Below are positions 25,448 through 40,062 of a stretch of 64,000 bases of DNA, one piece after another. Numbering within the stretch: the first letter of the stretch is position 1; every line of letters starts with the position of its first letter. Position numbers and translations under genes: made by a program. The notes under the pieces were generated by a model. That model was not told where the DNA came from and made no database searches. It saw nothing but the letters and a program-made list of their open reading frames with translations. This DNA comes from Camelus dromedarius (taxonomy: Eukaryota), in contig NC_087472.1 in NCBI RefSeq assembly GCF_036321535.1, positions 96,164,001 to 96,228,000 on the forward strand, given 5' to 3'.

Positions 25448-26619
25448 GTACTCATTCTTCCACATTCTCTAAGTAGCAGAATTAGGGGGTCGTCTGTTTC
25501 TACAGCTTATACCCAGAAAGTCCAAAGACATCCAGTTTCTGAAAGAGGTAACTTCAGGCACCGACGTGTGGTGTCATGTGAGGCAGCATCTCTCTTGTGC
25601 CCCCGCCTGGGGACTGATAGCCTCCCACTTCCCCGCTGTGGGCTCTGGAGCTTGGCCACTCAGGTCCATGTGCAGCTTCTATCCCTTCTTAACTGGGGCA
25701 CCTTGAGCAAGATACTGAACTCACTCACCTAAACTGTAAAATGGGTGATATTGCTGCTTTTCTCACTGGGCTGTGTTGAGGATCTAATGAGATCATGTAG
25801 TAAAACCCTTGGAACATTGGCTGGCCCATAGCAAGAGCTCCAAAAATGTCATCATCTTCATCATCACCATCGTTATGATTGAGGCTTACAGTTTCTCGGG
25901 CATCATTTTTCATGGAACAAATGACCACCCATCTTACCCAGAAGGGCAGGGGCCAGCCTGTAAGGAAAGAACTTTATATCTCTGATTCTGTGACCCTAAG
26001 ACTCCTACCGATAGAAGATTTTTATTAGTTGAAAACATGAGAAATTCTTTTGATCTGCATCGAATTATGTGCTTTGTATCTCCCTACCAGCCCCACATTA
26101 GGAGCTATTCTTTCCTTTTATAACCAGTACAAAAAAATAAGATTAAGCTGTTCTAAGAGTTTTCTTTTCTATTTTTAAATTCACGATACAGAAGAGAATA
26201 GAGAATACTGATAAATGTGCATGGGTAATAGCAGAGGAGACAATTTCCCAGCAAGAATAAAAGAAAAAAGGAAAAACTACAATATGATTGACTTCCAGCA
26301 ATCACTAACACATTTTCACTAAGCACCTATTGTAGCTTCAAGCTGTACGAAGCATTATGGAGATACGGATGATGGTAATGATGCCTGTGGTTTATTGAGT
26401 ACTTACCATGTGCCCAGCCCGGTGCTAAGTGCTTTGCTCTTAAGGTGAATCACATTCATTCTCATCGTTACCCTGAGACGCTGTTGTTGTTACACATTGG
26501 AGAGGAGGGACAACTGAGCTTGAGTACTAAGAATAGAATTGATAATCATAACATTTATTGAGTACTTGCTGTGTACCAGTTATTATTTTTAGCATTTTAA
26601 AATAATTATATCACTCAAT

Positions 26620-26840
26620 CCAATGATTCTCAAGTTGGGGGCTCGTTTGCCCCCAAGGGATGTTTAACTGTGTCTGGAAACATTTTTGGCTGTCACAACT
26701 AAAGGGATGCTACTGGCATCTAGTGGGTGAAAAGGCCAGGGTTGCCGCTGAGAATCCTACAATGCACCAGAAAGACCTTTCCCCTCCAGCAAAGAATTTT
26801 CTAGCTCAAAATGTCGCTAGTACCAGGGCTGAGAAATCTG
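26620..26840. mobile_element. MER20-like hAT-Charlie MITE
   Basis: caatgattctcaa...tgtctggaaacatttttggctgtcacaact...tgctactggcatctagtggg...ggctgagaaa. Confidence 0.75.
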
Positions 26841-27961
26841 ATATGATCCTTACCACTGATTTGTGAGTTATACAGCTAGTAAGTGATGGGTCAGAAATCT
26901 GTACCCAGGAAAAGTGAACTGCTCCTCTAAGCTACCTCTCAAGGTGGAGTGAAGCCTTGTGGTGAAGGGCTCTGAAAGCTAGGCCAGGAGTTTTTTACTT
27001 TATGTAGCAGGAAACGGGGAACTGATAAAGATCAGCAGGCTCAAGGATGACCAGAAGAGGACTCTGTTTCGGGAGGTGGCATGTGGCAGAGGGATGGCTG
27101 GGAGAGGAAGGAGCCTATAGTGAAGAAGCTCAGGGACTAGTTGGTATTAATAATCCAGGTGACGGAGCCTTGGATTTGGCATAGTAGCAATGGAGAGGAA
27201 GTCATGGCCATATGTACGTGTGTGCGCACGCACACACACACAGAAACACAATGGAACCTGTGACACATGTGCTATAGAAGTGAAGGAAGTAGGAAAGATG
27301 GCTGATTCCCAGTTGTTTGGTGCCTAGGTAAACTGGGAAGATGGAGGTGCCTTTGAAGGGGCACCAGTTTTCAGGATGAATTAAATTCCAGACAGGTGTT
27401 TAAAGTGATAGCTAGGGTGGCAAAAGAGAAAAGGGTGATTTGGGGCAAATTTGACCAGTTTCCTGGTTTCAGCAGCCTTATGCCCCCAAATGAAATCATA
27501 ATACTTGCCCTATCTGCTTCACAAGGTGGTCGTGAGCATCAAATGAGAGACGTGAATCCATTTCTATGATACACAGTGTGACTTAAGTGTCAGGGAGGAC
27601 CTCTGGCCACCAGTGGGACAGGAAAATGAGAGTTTTGGTTCCTCATCATAGCAGGGGTGATGAAAATCTGAAGCATCAATGAATTCTCTGAAGGAGACAT
27701 TTTAGAGGCAGAAGAACAAAGGGCCAAGAAAACCTACTGTCAGAGGTAAGAGAAGAAAGAGGGACCAGCAAGGAGAGAAACCAATCTGGTTCCCATCAGC
27801 TCATGGGAACAGAGACAGTTGGGAATACCTTTCCGTCAAGGATTCAGGTCGATATTATAAACTGCTTATTACAACTGCTTTTTTTCAAAAATGTACGTAT
27901 TTTCAAATCACAGACGTGCACATCTGTCCCAGTGGTGACGTCACTCCTCTCTCTCCAACAG

Positions 27962-28040
27962 ATTGACTTTGTGGCCCACGATGACATCCCATACTCCTCT
28001 GCTGGCTCTGATGATGTTTACAAGCATATAAAGGAAGCAG
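27962..28040 (+). CDS. PCYT1B: PCYT1B internal coding exon (likely exon 5)
   Basis: Acceptor ctctccaacag|[32 protein letters not shown](G); donor CAG|gtgag; 79 bp. Confidence 0.97.
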
Positions 28041-31000
28041 GTGAGGGCTGCTCCTGTGCTTACCTGTCCCTGGCAGCATGACAGTCAGGTTTCACAAGAG
28101 ACATCTGCCCTGGGTCTGCAGCATATACGTACAGGGCAGAGGGATTTCAGATGTCCCCGAGTAGCCTCTACAAGCCTCTGCTGACATGTGCTAAGCTTCA
28201 GCCATGACACTGACGCCAGCTAGGTATTTATATAGAAATTTACCTGAGCACCACAGTACTCAGCTTCCGGTTTGAGGCTTGATTTTAGAGTTCATCACAG
28301 GACCCTGTTGTTTAAAGGCCAATCATTTTCCTCGTTCACAATGAAATTAACTTTGTACTCCCAAGAAAGTTCCTTCCAGAAGAAGACAGATAATTGGTAA
28401 CTAACAATCTGGATTCCTTGTCCCCGAAGTCCAGTCCTGCCATATGTTGTCCTATCACATGATAATGATATCCTCAAGTACCAGATGCAGAGGCCAAAAC
28501 AAAACAAAACAGGATAAATATTTGTGGAATCAGGTAAACTCTTTTCTTCCTGAAACTGTTAACTGCTGTCATGGAAGGCAGATTTGGTGCCTGAGCTTTG
28601 GAAGTTGTCTCCTTTGTCACTAAGCATTTCTGTTCAGGTCAGAGACTCTGGTCAGCCCCAAGGATATATTAGGGTGCTGGAAAGAGGGGGGTTTCCTTCC
28701 ATCGTGGGCTCTGCAGAGTTAATTCCTCCATCAAGTTCTGTTCCTACTCCTGCTATGACTCTAGGGAAATTGCTCTTGGGGCATTATAGTAGGATCTGTG
28801 CTTTCTAGCCATAATGGGATTCTCCTTGTAACATTTATTTCCTCCTTTTCCCCTTCCTGCCCGGATTTACCCATAATCCCTTGTGTCCTTGCATCCTTGC
28901 CTCGTCTGCATCCTGAGGAAGAGGAGTATGTTTTCCGTCCTAGGCTAATCTCTTATCTGAACCTGCCTTCTCCCTTCCCTGGACAGTGTTTTCTTTCATT
29001 CCTCCTCCCTTTGCGAGCCAGGGTTCTCACTCTCTAGTACTTTCTTCTCGGCTTACAAGCATGTGGAAGTCTACAGAAACAAATAAACCCAAATCCTTCC
29101 TTCTGCCCTCCGTCCTGCCTCCTCCTCCACTCACATCTTTGCTTGGTCCTTGTCTTACTGGCCACTGTCATTCCTTAGCCACTTGTGCTCTGACTTCTGT
29201 CCCATCTTCCTTCAGTTCAGAGCTGACTTTTGGACCCCCCAATCCAGCGGCCTCAGTTCAGGTCTCTGGGCATAACGACCCTGCTGAACATGTTCTTCCT
29301 TTTCTTAGATGCTCTTGTCTTTGCTTCCACTTCTGGGACATTGTATTTTCCCGTTGGTCTCTCTGTCCACTCCTGGGTTTAGTTACCAGGTCTCTCTCCT
29401 TCGGCCTCACCCAGACTCTTTCTCACCAGCTTCAACTCTGCGCACTGCCTTCCACACGCCCTATGCTCCAGGCATACGGAGTCCATCCTGGTTCCCAGAC
29501 AGGCCCCTGCTTAGTACCTTTGCTCCAGCTGTTCTCTGGGCTCGGAATGCCCTTCTCCTGAGCATCTTTGTCTAGTCGCAGCTGGGGAGCCAGGCTGGAC
29601 GTGCCCTCTCTCCCTGGGGCCTAATTCATCACAGCCCTTGCCCTCCTCAGATGCAGACACTCTTTGCACGTGGACCTCCTGTGCAGCTCCCTGCTCGTGC
29701 CGTCCTGGTTGTGTGTGTGTGTGTGTGTCCCTAGCTTGAGTGAAGTGGCACAGGCCACGGCCATATCTCATCCATCTTTGCATCCCCAGCACAGTCCCTG
29801 GTACATTCATGGTGCTTGTTAAGTGCTGGCTAAACAAGAGAGTGCATTTATGGACGGTGATGGGGGAGCAGCTTAAGACGGAAGCCTCTTGTCTGCAGGG
29901 GTTCTTCCCGCCACACGGGGAATGGAGCCATTTACCTAGGTAGCTTGGGCACAAACTTCTGTCTTGTGGAATTACTCAGATTATTTAGATGTAAGGGTAA
30001 TGTTTTGGCCTGAATGATAGGGACCTTTATATCCAATTTGTTTGCTTTCCGTTGGTATCTTGGCCTCTGAGTCCCTCGCACACCTCTTTACTGAAAGAGA
30101 TGTTGGTGACATGGACTAAATTACTCCCAACCAGCCTCACAGCCCAACAAAATCTCATCAGAAGAGGGAAGGGCTTACTATTTGAGTTGTTTCAAAAATG
30201 ACTATGATTTGAATGAAAGATCTTTGAAATCATACCTATGAATTTGCATTTTTCTTGCTCTACCTTATAGCAGGCGAGAACTCACAAATTGTAGGTGCTG
30301 TTTTGGGCGAACGTATAATGGAAAAATAGTCTCTGCTTGACCCAGTACTCATCATTTTCCTGAGCTGAAGTTTTCAGTCAATGTCACAGGGTTTCAAATA
30401 ATCAGCTAAAAATCAAAATAGTCATTGCTGGGGTTTTTAAAATACCCAGCCTCCCCAGGTTATCGCCATTTGGATTACTAAAAAAGACAAATGGAGCAAA
30501 GGTAATTACTTCTATCCTCTTAGAGTCAGGGTTTTTCTGACTCTAGAAATAGAGATGTCCAAGATGGAAGGTAACCTGAATTCCTTAGCTTTTCCATCCA
30601 GCTTCCTTCATCAGACCACCTTCCATAAACTTCCCATAAGCCTGTTGCTGCCTGAGAATCTTGGAGCAAAGAAGAGTCTGAGAAGGGATGGGCTGGAATT
30701 GGTATTTTAGCTAGAGGTAGGTGCAGAAGTAGATTTTTCATGGCTTAGTTTATATTCTGCTCTTCTACTTTCTACTGTACATCTCATCTATAGGCACTGT
30801 AGGTGTATCCATGCATACCTTCCTACACAAGGTAAAGCATTATCTGGCATCATACAGACACTCTAGTTTACTGAGTTACAATATGCTTTACTAGGGATTT
30901 CAAGGAGTCTAACACACACCTCATTATGTTTGAGCTGCCCTCAGTGCTGGCATCCGCCATCAGAGCCATCTTCTCCCATTCCTGAGGGCCACCGGAATTC

Positions 31001-31229
31001 TACTCATGGTGGTCCCACCATCCCTCATCCTCAGCCTGCTGCCGCCATAGCCATTTCCTGGTACTCATAGACCGTCAGACTCGTGAGGTAGAATGGGCTC
31101 TTAAGGGTCACTAACCCAGTCATCTATGCTGTCTTTGGCATCACGCCAGCTCCTGGTAGAACTGATTCTTGTACATCGTGATCGGGAGCTTCCTATCTCC
31201 TAGGGCAGCCCATTCCATCTTTCTATGGG

Positions 31230-32918
31230 TTTTTTTTTTAAACATTTTTTATTGATTTATAATCATTTTACAAAGGTGTGTCAAATTCCAGTGTAGAGCA
31301 CAATTTTTCAGTTATACATGAACATATATATATTCATTGTCACATTATTTTCGCTGTGAGCTACCACAAGATCTTGTATATATTTCCCTGTGCTATACAG
31401 TATGATCTTGTTTATCTATTCTACATTTTGAAATCCCGGTCTATCCCTTCCCACCCTCCGCCCCCTTGGCAACCACAAGTTTGTATTCTATGTCTATGAG
31501 TCTGTTTCTGTTTTGTATTTATGCTTTGTTTGTGGGTTTTTTTTTTTTTTAGATTCCACATATGAGCGATCTCATGTGGTATTTTTCTTTCTCTTTCTGG
31601 CTTACCTCACTTAGAATGGCATTCTCCAGGAGCATCCATGTTGCTGCAAATGGCGTTATGTTGTTGGTTTTTATGGCTGAATAGTATTCCATTGTATAAA
31701 TATACCACCTTTTCTTTATCCAGTCATCCATTGATGGACATTTAGGCTGTTTCCATGTCTTGGCTATTGCAAATAGTGCTTCTATGAACACTGGGGTGCA
31801 GGTGTCATCCTGAAGTAGGGTTCCTTCTGGATATATGCTCAGGAGCAGGATTCCTGGGTCATATGGTAAGTCTATTCCTAGTCTTTTGAGGAATCTCCAT
31901 ACTGTTTTCCACAGTGGCTGCACCAACCTGCATTCCCACCAGTAGTGAAGGAGGGTTCCCTTTTCTCCACAGCCTCTCCAGCATTTATTGTTTGTGGACT
32001 TTTGAATGACAGCCATTCTGACTGGTGTGAGGTGATACCTCATTGTAGTTTTGATTTGCATTTCTCTGATAATTAGTGATCCTGAGCATTTTTTCATGTG
32101 CCTATTGATCATTTGTATTTCTTCCTTGGAGAATTGCTTGTTTAGGTCTTCTGCCCATTTTTGGATTGGGTTGTTGGTTTTTTTCTTATTAAGTTGTATG
32201 AGCTGCTTGTATATTCTGGAGAAGAAGCCTTTGTCAGTTTCATTTGAAAAAATTTTCTCCCATTCCTTAGGTTGTCTTTTTGTTTTACTTATGGTTTCCT
32301 TTGCTGTGCTGAAGCTTGTAAGTTTCATTAGGTCCCATTTGTTTATTCTTGCTTTTATTTCTATTGCTTGAGTCGACTGTTCTAGGAGAACATTTTTGAG
32401 ATGTATGTCAGATAATGTTTTGCTTCTATTTTCTTCTAGGAGGTTTATTGTATCTTGTCTTATGTTTAAGCCTTTGATCCATTTTGAGTTTATTTTTGTG
32501 TATGGTGTAAGGGAGTGTTCTAGCTTCATTGCTTTACATGCTGCTGTCCAGTTTTCCCAACACCATTTGCTGAAGAGACTGTCTTTATTCCATTGTATAT
32601 TCTTGCCTCCTTTGTCGAAGATTAGTTAACCAGAAGTTTGTGGGTTCATTTCTGGGCTCTCTATTCTGTTCCACTGGTCCTTATGTCTGTTTTTGTACCA
32701 ATACCATGCTGTCTTGATGACTGTAGCTCTATAGTATTGTCTGAAGTCTGGGAGAGTTATTCCTTCAGCCTCTTTCTTTTTCTTCAGTAATGCTTTGGCA
32801 ATTCTAGGTCTTTTGTGGTTCCATATAAATTTTATTATGATTTGTTCTAGTTCTGTGAAATATGCCCTGGGTAATTTGATAGGGATTGCATTAAATCTGT
32901 AGATTGTCTTGGGCAGTG
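31230..32918 (-). mobile_element. Young 5'-truncated L1 (about 1.7 kb), same subfamily as 12580-15587
   Basis: Minus ORF 31549-32529 is the ORF2 C-terminus; nearly identical 3'UTR; TSD-like catctttctatggg (31216) / catcttactatgg (32919). Confidence 0.95.
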
Positions 32919-33214
32919 CATCTTACTATGGTTTTGACTGTCGTTGGTTAACACATGAATCCCCTCCGAGCGCACCCACAAGCCTGGAATTACCCCCAGG
33001 GTTAATTGAATCAGGGTTTCCTGCTATGACAGTTCCTCCGCTACCTTGTAGAGTAGGAACAAGCGTTTGCTGGTGGTTTTATTCCTGGATGAGTGTCCTC
33101 CAGTGAGCTAAGAAAAAGTTAGTTTCCTGATTTTAGGGCATAAAGCATCAAGTTCTAGTTGTTTAGGTGTAGAAACAGGTCCACTGTTTTTCTAACTCTA
33201 AGCAATTTATCATC

Positions 33215-33698
33215 ATATTGTTGTGTAACAAACGACTCCCACAGTTAGTGACTAAAAGAGCCACTTTGTTTTGCTCATGATTTTGTGGGACAGGATTTCA
33301 GCCAGGGATTGGCTGCATGGTTCTTGCTTAGGGTCTCTCAAACGGTTGTAGTCAGACGCTGGCTGGGGCAGTGGGTCCCCAATGGTGCACCTAAGTGGCT
33401 GGCAGTGGGTGCTGGCTGTCAACAGGGAGGTCAGCTGGAGTTGACACTGGAGCACCTACACGTGGCCTCGCTGAGTTGTGTGGCTTCTCACAGCATGGTG
33501 GCTGGGTTCCAAGAGTGTGCGTCCTGAGAGGAGGCTTCTGGAGAGCAAGCAACTGTGATCGATGCCACAGAGCTGCTTCTGACCTAGCCTTGGAAGTCAC
33601 CCAGCATCACTCATACCACATTCTATTTGTTATAAGCAAGTCACTAAGGCCAGCTCAGATTCCAGGGGGCAGGAATTGTGCCCATCTTTAATCTACCA
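33215..33698. mobile_element. MaLR (MLT1-type) solo LTR
   Basis: tattgttgtgtaacaaac...ttttgctcatgattttgtggg...tgacctagccttggaagtcac...gcaagtcactaaggccagctcagattc. Confidence 0.65.
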
Positions 33699-35039
33699 TA
33701 ATTTCCATCTCCAAATTGAATAGTCAGGTTGTATTTTACTGGCCCTGGGAGCACAGGCGTAAGACTTAGGTGTGACTTGTCATTTGCGTGAGGACCCTTT
33801 CTTGTGGCCCACTGATCAACTCTGCTGATTCCTCACCAGGCAGGAGAGACAGTAGAAGTCTGTTTGGGGCCCAGGTAGAGAAGGCCAGAGTGTTTATCGT
33901 GGGAGAGAAGGATGCTCAGAAACGGCATAAGTGTCCGTATTGGGCTTCTATACTCTAGTCTGGGTTTATTCTGAAAGTCAAAAATCACTTTATATGAAAC
34001 CAGAGGTAGCGAGAGCATGAATTAAACTTCATAGCCCTCTGCTCTGCTTGTCAGAACTACGTGTCAAAACTCTCCAGCAAAGCTGGATGAAAAGATGGAG
34101 CTTAAATGAAGTAGACTGGAAGGTCCACATTACTGCTTACCACTCTAATATGACCTACTACTGTGGAAAGTTTCCTTCATTAACATGTGCTTTGCTGCTT
34201 CTTAAAATAGTTCCATAGCCCAACACCGCAATTCTGCAAAGCATGATAAAAAAAGGTTCTCTGATCATGCTCATTACTGAATATTTTTAGCAGAGCAATA
34301 ATTAGGATTTGGAGGAAGCCGGGTGCATCATTATGTCAGCAGAGGGCTTGGCTTCTTTCAGAGACCTACTTCCTAACCAGCCAAAGCAAATCTCTCCCCC
34401 ATCCCAACTTGCAGCCGCTCGGCCACAGAGGCCTCACCCTGTGGCTTCAAAGAAAGAGTGAGCTCATGTCACTAGCGTCTAAGTGACTTGCTTGCTAAAA
34501 TCAGTTAGTGGCTAGAGAATCTTCTTAACACTGTAGCAGGCAGAGGCGGGGGTGGACTAGCTGCCTGCTGAGAGATGGGCCACAGTCCTTACCAGAAAGC
34601 TCCCTGCTGCTCCCACCAAGGTGAGGATGCTGTTTCAGGCACCCTGGCTTGGGACCCCACAGGGTTCTTGGCCCATCAGAGCCCCCTGGACAATTGGATC
34701 AGTTGGTGCTATTTATATCCATCTGTTTAAATGTTTGCATCCTCTGCCTTCTACTTAGTTTTCTGTTTGAGTCCACCTTCTTAGAAGATGCTAAAAGAAG
34801 TTTCTGGCCAAGTGGCAAACCCCAATGCTGTCCTCTGAGATACAGAATATTTGAAACTAGAGGCTGGTCTCTAACAGCAGCAGCGCCACCCTGCTGTGGG
34901 TACTGTGAATGTGCAGACGGGCAAAAAGAGAGCTCCAAAGGGACACCCTCGTTGGGGCTAGAAGACGGAAACACTCACCAGTGTCCAGAGAAGCAGAGGG
35001 AACTGGATTGAGATAGGCACTTAGAGATGAGTATGCATC

Positions 35040-35910
35040 TCGTCATTCGTTCAGCAAATATTCCTAGTGCCTGCTTGTCACTCGGTGCGGGGAGTCTGGA
35101 CAAGAGCAAGACAGGAGCACTCCCTTCCCTCGTGTAGCTTCTAGTCAAGTGGGGAAAGCGGTTCTTGAACAAGTGGTCTTGGGATATTTGAAGGAAAAGA
35201 GCAGTGGACCACGGGAGAGAATAAAAGTAGGAAGACCCGGCTGGGTTGTGAGAGATTTCCTTGAGGAAGTGATGCTAATGGTGAAACCCAACAGGTTAAC
35301 CATTGGACTAGGTCCTTGGTTAACCCGGTGGAGAGTATGTTTGTGGCAGAGTGAGGGGAGGGGGCCGGTCTTGGCAGACACTGAAGTCCAGCGTGGCGGG
35401 GCCGAGGCAGGGTCTGCCTGTTGCTCGGCTCTATAGAAAACAATGAGAATGGTGCTCCCTGCAGCTACGGTGCACAGGGGCCTTGGCTGAGGGAGTGAAG
35501 CGGGAAGGAGGGTCTGAGACGAGACTGGGGAGGAGCACAGGGCAGAGAGGAGGCAAGCTGCTTCAGAGTCAAGTCAGAGATTTGAATCTAAATACAGAGG
35601 ACAGCAGAGAGCCAATGAAGGATGTTGAGCAGGTATGTGACTTATATTTTGGAAGACTGCTCTGTGGCTCTTGCTACCTGGAGAGTGGACTGAGGGGACA
35701 AGAAAATGACATCCCTGGAGACTGGTTTGTAGTCTCTGGTAATCTTTCAACAAGGTGGGATTAGATTGGTTTAGATGGAGGCTGGAGAAAAGTGGGTGAA
35801 TTAGGGAGACATTTAGGAAGTAGGCTGGTGAGTAAGAAGGAAATTGATTGGGCGTAGAGAGTAAGGGAGAGGGAAGTGGTACAGATGAGGCCAAGGTCAC
35901 CTTGTCCAGC
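35040..35910 (-). mobile_element. L2 LINE fragment
   Basis: cattcgttcagcaaatattcctagtgcctgc...ttccttgaggaagtgatg...gagccaatgaaggatgttgagcagg. Confidence 0.6.
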
Positions 35911-36690
35911 CACCATTTTTCAGTTTTGGAGACTGAGGTTAAGTAACTTGCCTTCTGAGGCTTGAATGACTTGCCCAAGTCTGCCAGCCGAGGACCCAGC
36001 ACCCTGGTCCCCAGGCTTTGTCCATCATGCCGGCTCATGCCTGGTTCTCTGAGGGACCATTATCATATTGGGTAGAAAGATCTCAGTTGCCAACACATCA
36101 TTTCAGTTGATAACAGAAGTGCAAGCATGAACCAGATTGTTGTCTTTGACATTTGTGATTTCTTGATAGCCTTTCTTTACAGTGATTTTGTTACATATAT
36201 GGGTACACACAAATATATCTTTGAGGACTTTAGGAAGTTCTGTGAGAACTTGGCATCTTCTGTGCTTCATTATTTTTACTCCGTCCTACAGAGTCTAGAT
36301 GAAAGGTCCTTTGAGTGGAGAAACCACCATTCAGAGTAGACTGCTCTTAGAGAAAATCATCTAGCACACCCCCCTCGCCGGGCATGTCTTTAGATCAGAG
36401 ACAACAGAAATAGTACACTCTCTATCCTTTTCCTTCACTATAATGTGAAGCAGAACTCCTCGGGGAAGAAGGGGAGTTGCCCTGACTCATTTGTTGACTC
36501 ACTGTTATGCTCCATCCACTTACTCATTTTATTTGCATTTATTGAGCACCTTCCATGTGCTAGACACAAACTGGGTGCTTGAGACACAGAAATGATCAGG
36601 GCATAATCTGTGCTTCCAGGATGTTCCCTTGCTCCAAGGAGACAGATATCTAAAATAGTTTTGTTAATGGAAGACAAGTTTATGTTCTAA

Positions 36691-37254
<564 letters not shown>

Positions 37255-39064
37255 TGAGGACCGGCACGTCACATGACTGCTGCCACCGTTTATTAAGTGT
37301 TCTTGATGTTTCCATTTATCGTCTCATTCAGTCAACATGACAACCCAATGATGTATTATTATCCCCATTTTCTAGATGGAGAAACCAAGGTCCAAAGGGG
37401 TAACATAAGTTGACCAAGGCATACAGGTAGTGAGCAAGCTTCACATTTTATAAAGGAGCTGCCTTGCCCCCTCCTCACCCCGCCCCCCACCCCCGCCTTG
37501 AGAATTCTCAGACTTGGGGGAAGGGTTTCTGGGAGATCTGCTTTCAGGGAAGGCAGGAGTTGTCTTCTGCTCAAAGGAAAGGAAGGAAGGCAGAGGCAAT
37601 GAGGAGCTAAACCCAGAGAAAATGCTGTCTTGTTTTAACGTTTTTAAATTTTCATTTTATTAAGGCCTTACAGATGCTCATTAGAAACCTTAACAACCAG
37701 GGTTTTTTTTAAAATTGTCCAGAGAAATTACAGCTGCTTAAATAAAGCCCAGAATCTATGGCTTCCTTTTGTATTTCTGCTGTATTGTTCCCACAGAGCT
37801 GCTGTTAGTTTAATAATAGAGCAACCGTTCAAACAATCTTTAAAACAAGCAAAACAAGCTGTTAAAAAGCAAAGAGGGCAGCCCAGTGGCTGGAGGTGAT
37901 GTTCGGGAGTCTGGATGGCTGTATTTGCCTGGCCTCCGAGGAGCTGATATACAGAATGTTCACCCCCAAAAAGAGATGGTGGGTTTTCCAAGAGTGATTT
38001 GTCTACAAAACTAGATCCTTATAATTACATGCAGCCACAATGATCCAGCAGCTTCCACGAATCGATTGTTGGTGCCTTCAAAATTAGGAGGGGTTCATTC
38101 ATCGTGATTCATCATGAATCAGTTGTCCTCGCCAGGCAGAGAGGGTTAGGAGCCCGGGCTCTGTGGTTTCGTACAAACTGGGCAACAAAATGGAAAATGC
38201 TGGGTTCAAGTGGTACCAGCACAAGTGGCTGAAAAGAATTCAGGCAAAGTGATGATATGGTATCTTATAGAGAATAAAGCCCTGGTTATTTCAATAAATT
38301 AAACCGTCTGTTCTTTTAAATTGAATTCAGTCACCCATAAAAGCATGTTGAGCCACTTCCCAAAGTTATTGCTTGTGCTCTGTAAACAGCCTTTAGATAA
38401 GCCACTTAGCTCGTGGGATGGTGTAGTCAGTGTGGACACGCCCTCTGCCTTTCTGTGACAGCAAACCCAGCTGCAGCTCTGAGATAAAATCAAATGGGTG
38501 GGCGTGTCGGTGACTCCCAGAACCTCAGAGGTGGCAGGAACCTGGTGGGAGTCAGTCACCCAGTCCGAGTCCCTCAACTTAGAAATGAGGAAAGCTGAGC
38601 TCAGAGAGGCGACCTGGCTAAGGTCCCTCAAGCAAAGTAGAGGTGGCGGTAGCGGCAGCCTCCCAGCCTCTTGACTTTTGGTCCAGTGCTCATTCCGGTG
38701 TTCGGTGCCGCTCTTGAGAGCTGTGTGTGATCAGCGTGTGGTAGGTGGAGCTGGGTGGCAGCACGTACAGCTCACACCTCACCCTGCGGCTGCAGTCAGG
38801 TTTGTAAGGTCTAGATCGGGGAATCCGGACCCAGTTTTGTAATAATCTATGTGTCTCAAAAAATTCTGAAATATGAAATGAACTTCAGTTCATATAGTGA
38901 AGAAAAATGATCAACCTTATTACCTCTTCAGGAGAAGATGTATTACGATTTCATGGAGGAAAAGACCCTTTGTTTTGTGTTATTTTCATGGTTTTGATAC
39001 CACTCTGATCAGGTAATGTGATTAAATGCCTATGCCGCTTAATAGTAATGAAACAGCGAACACA

Positions 39065-39215
39065 CACTGAACTGTTCCTAAGTGCCAGGCTTCGTGCCAA
39101 GCACTTTACATGCTTTATCTAATTGTTACAGCAGCCCTATAGGGTAGGGATAATAATTATCCCCATTTTACAGATGAGAAAACTGAGGTTTAGAGGTGAC
39201 ACGTGGCTTGCCCAA
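39065..39215 (-). mobile_element. MIR SINE
   Basis: gtgccaagcactttacatgc...tatccccattttacagatgagaaaactgagg, the MIR core. Confidence 0.75.
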
Positions 39216-39873
39216 CATACGGTGCCTTCCAGGCACGTAGGTAGAGCAATGCTGCGTAAAAGCTATAAGAACAAAATCCCAGGCCATAGAAGCTACCAGA
39301 ACAAAAGCTTTCTTCGTCACCAAGGAAACTGATGCAGTTCTGTTAGCTTAATGGAAAATATCATGACAATGACAATCTTAGTATAACACATGGGTTCTGA
39401 GGCCCAGCCAGTGGTCCACTTATTGCTACCAGTATTGGTTTTAGCAATGTCCCAGTAAAACAGAGAACTCAGGCAGCTTCTGAGTGGCCGTTCTATGTAC
39501 AATTCACATTTTTGTCTAAACCTTGGCAGAATTGAGGGGATGTATTTGCCAGTATCTGTCCATAATAAAGAGTAAAGATATACTTTTGGTTCTTATATAA
39601 GTGAACTCAACTCTGATATATACAATAAAGAGAATATTAAAACCACTTATATTTCACTGTACACATTCAAGTAGCCTAATGAGAAATGACTTGTCTTACA
39701 AGAGATGTGCCTTCCCGTCAATCCCGTCAAGCTCTGGGGAAATGGCAACATCCTGATTCTTTGGATTAAGGACACACACAAGTTGAAATAAAATATGAGT
39801 GTTCTGTGAATGATTGATCTCTCTCATGCCCTCGTGGATAAATCCATTTCTTTCTCCTTTCATTTTTGACCAG

Positions 39874-40062
39874 GAGAAGAAGTACCGCTTCCAAAACCAG
39901 GTAGACAAGATGAAGGAAAAGGTCAAAAATGTGGAGGAAAGATCAAAGGAATTTGTTAACAGAGTGGAAGAAAAGAGTCATGATCTAATTCAAAAGTGGG
40001 AAGAGAAGTCAAGAGAATTCATTGGCAACTTCCTAGAACTGTTTGGGCCTGATGGAGCATGG
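39874..40062 (+). CDS. PCYT1B: PCYT1B internal coding exon (likely exon 7), membrane-binding amphipathic helix (domain M)
   Basis: Acceptor tttttgaccag|[69 protein letters not shown]; donor TGG|gtatgt; 189 bp. Confidence 0.97.

Noticed and set aside
27936..27943. Perfect CRE palindrome TGACGTCA, and gtcacatgac at 37268-37277
   Set aside because: Single short motifs are expected by chance in 64 kb; the first sits where the exon's branch point is expected.
28986..29954. ORFs of 147-191 aa in the intron
   Set aside because: No recognisable domain; they overlap pyrimidine-rich, probably L2-derived sequence.
34878..34899. CTCF-like cagcagcgccaccctgctgtgg
   Set aside because: Spacing is one base off the CTCF core consensus and cannot be supported without a PWM scan or ChIP data.
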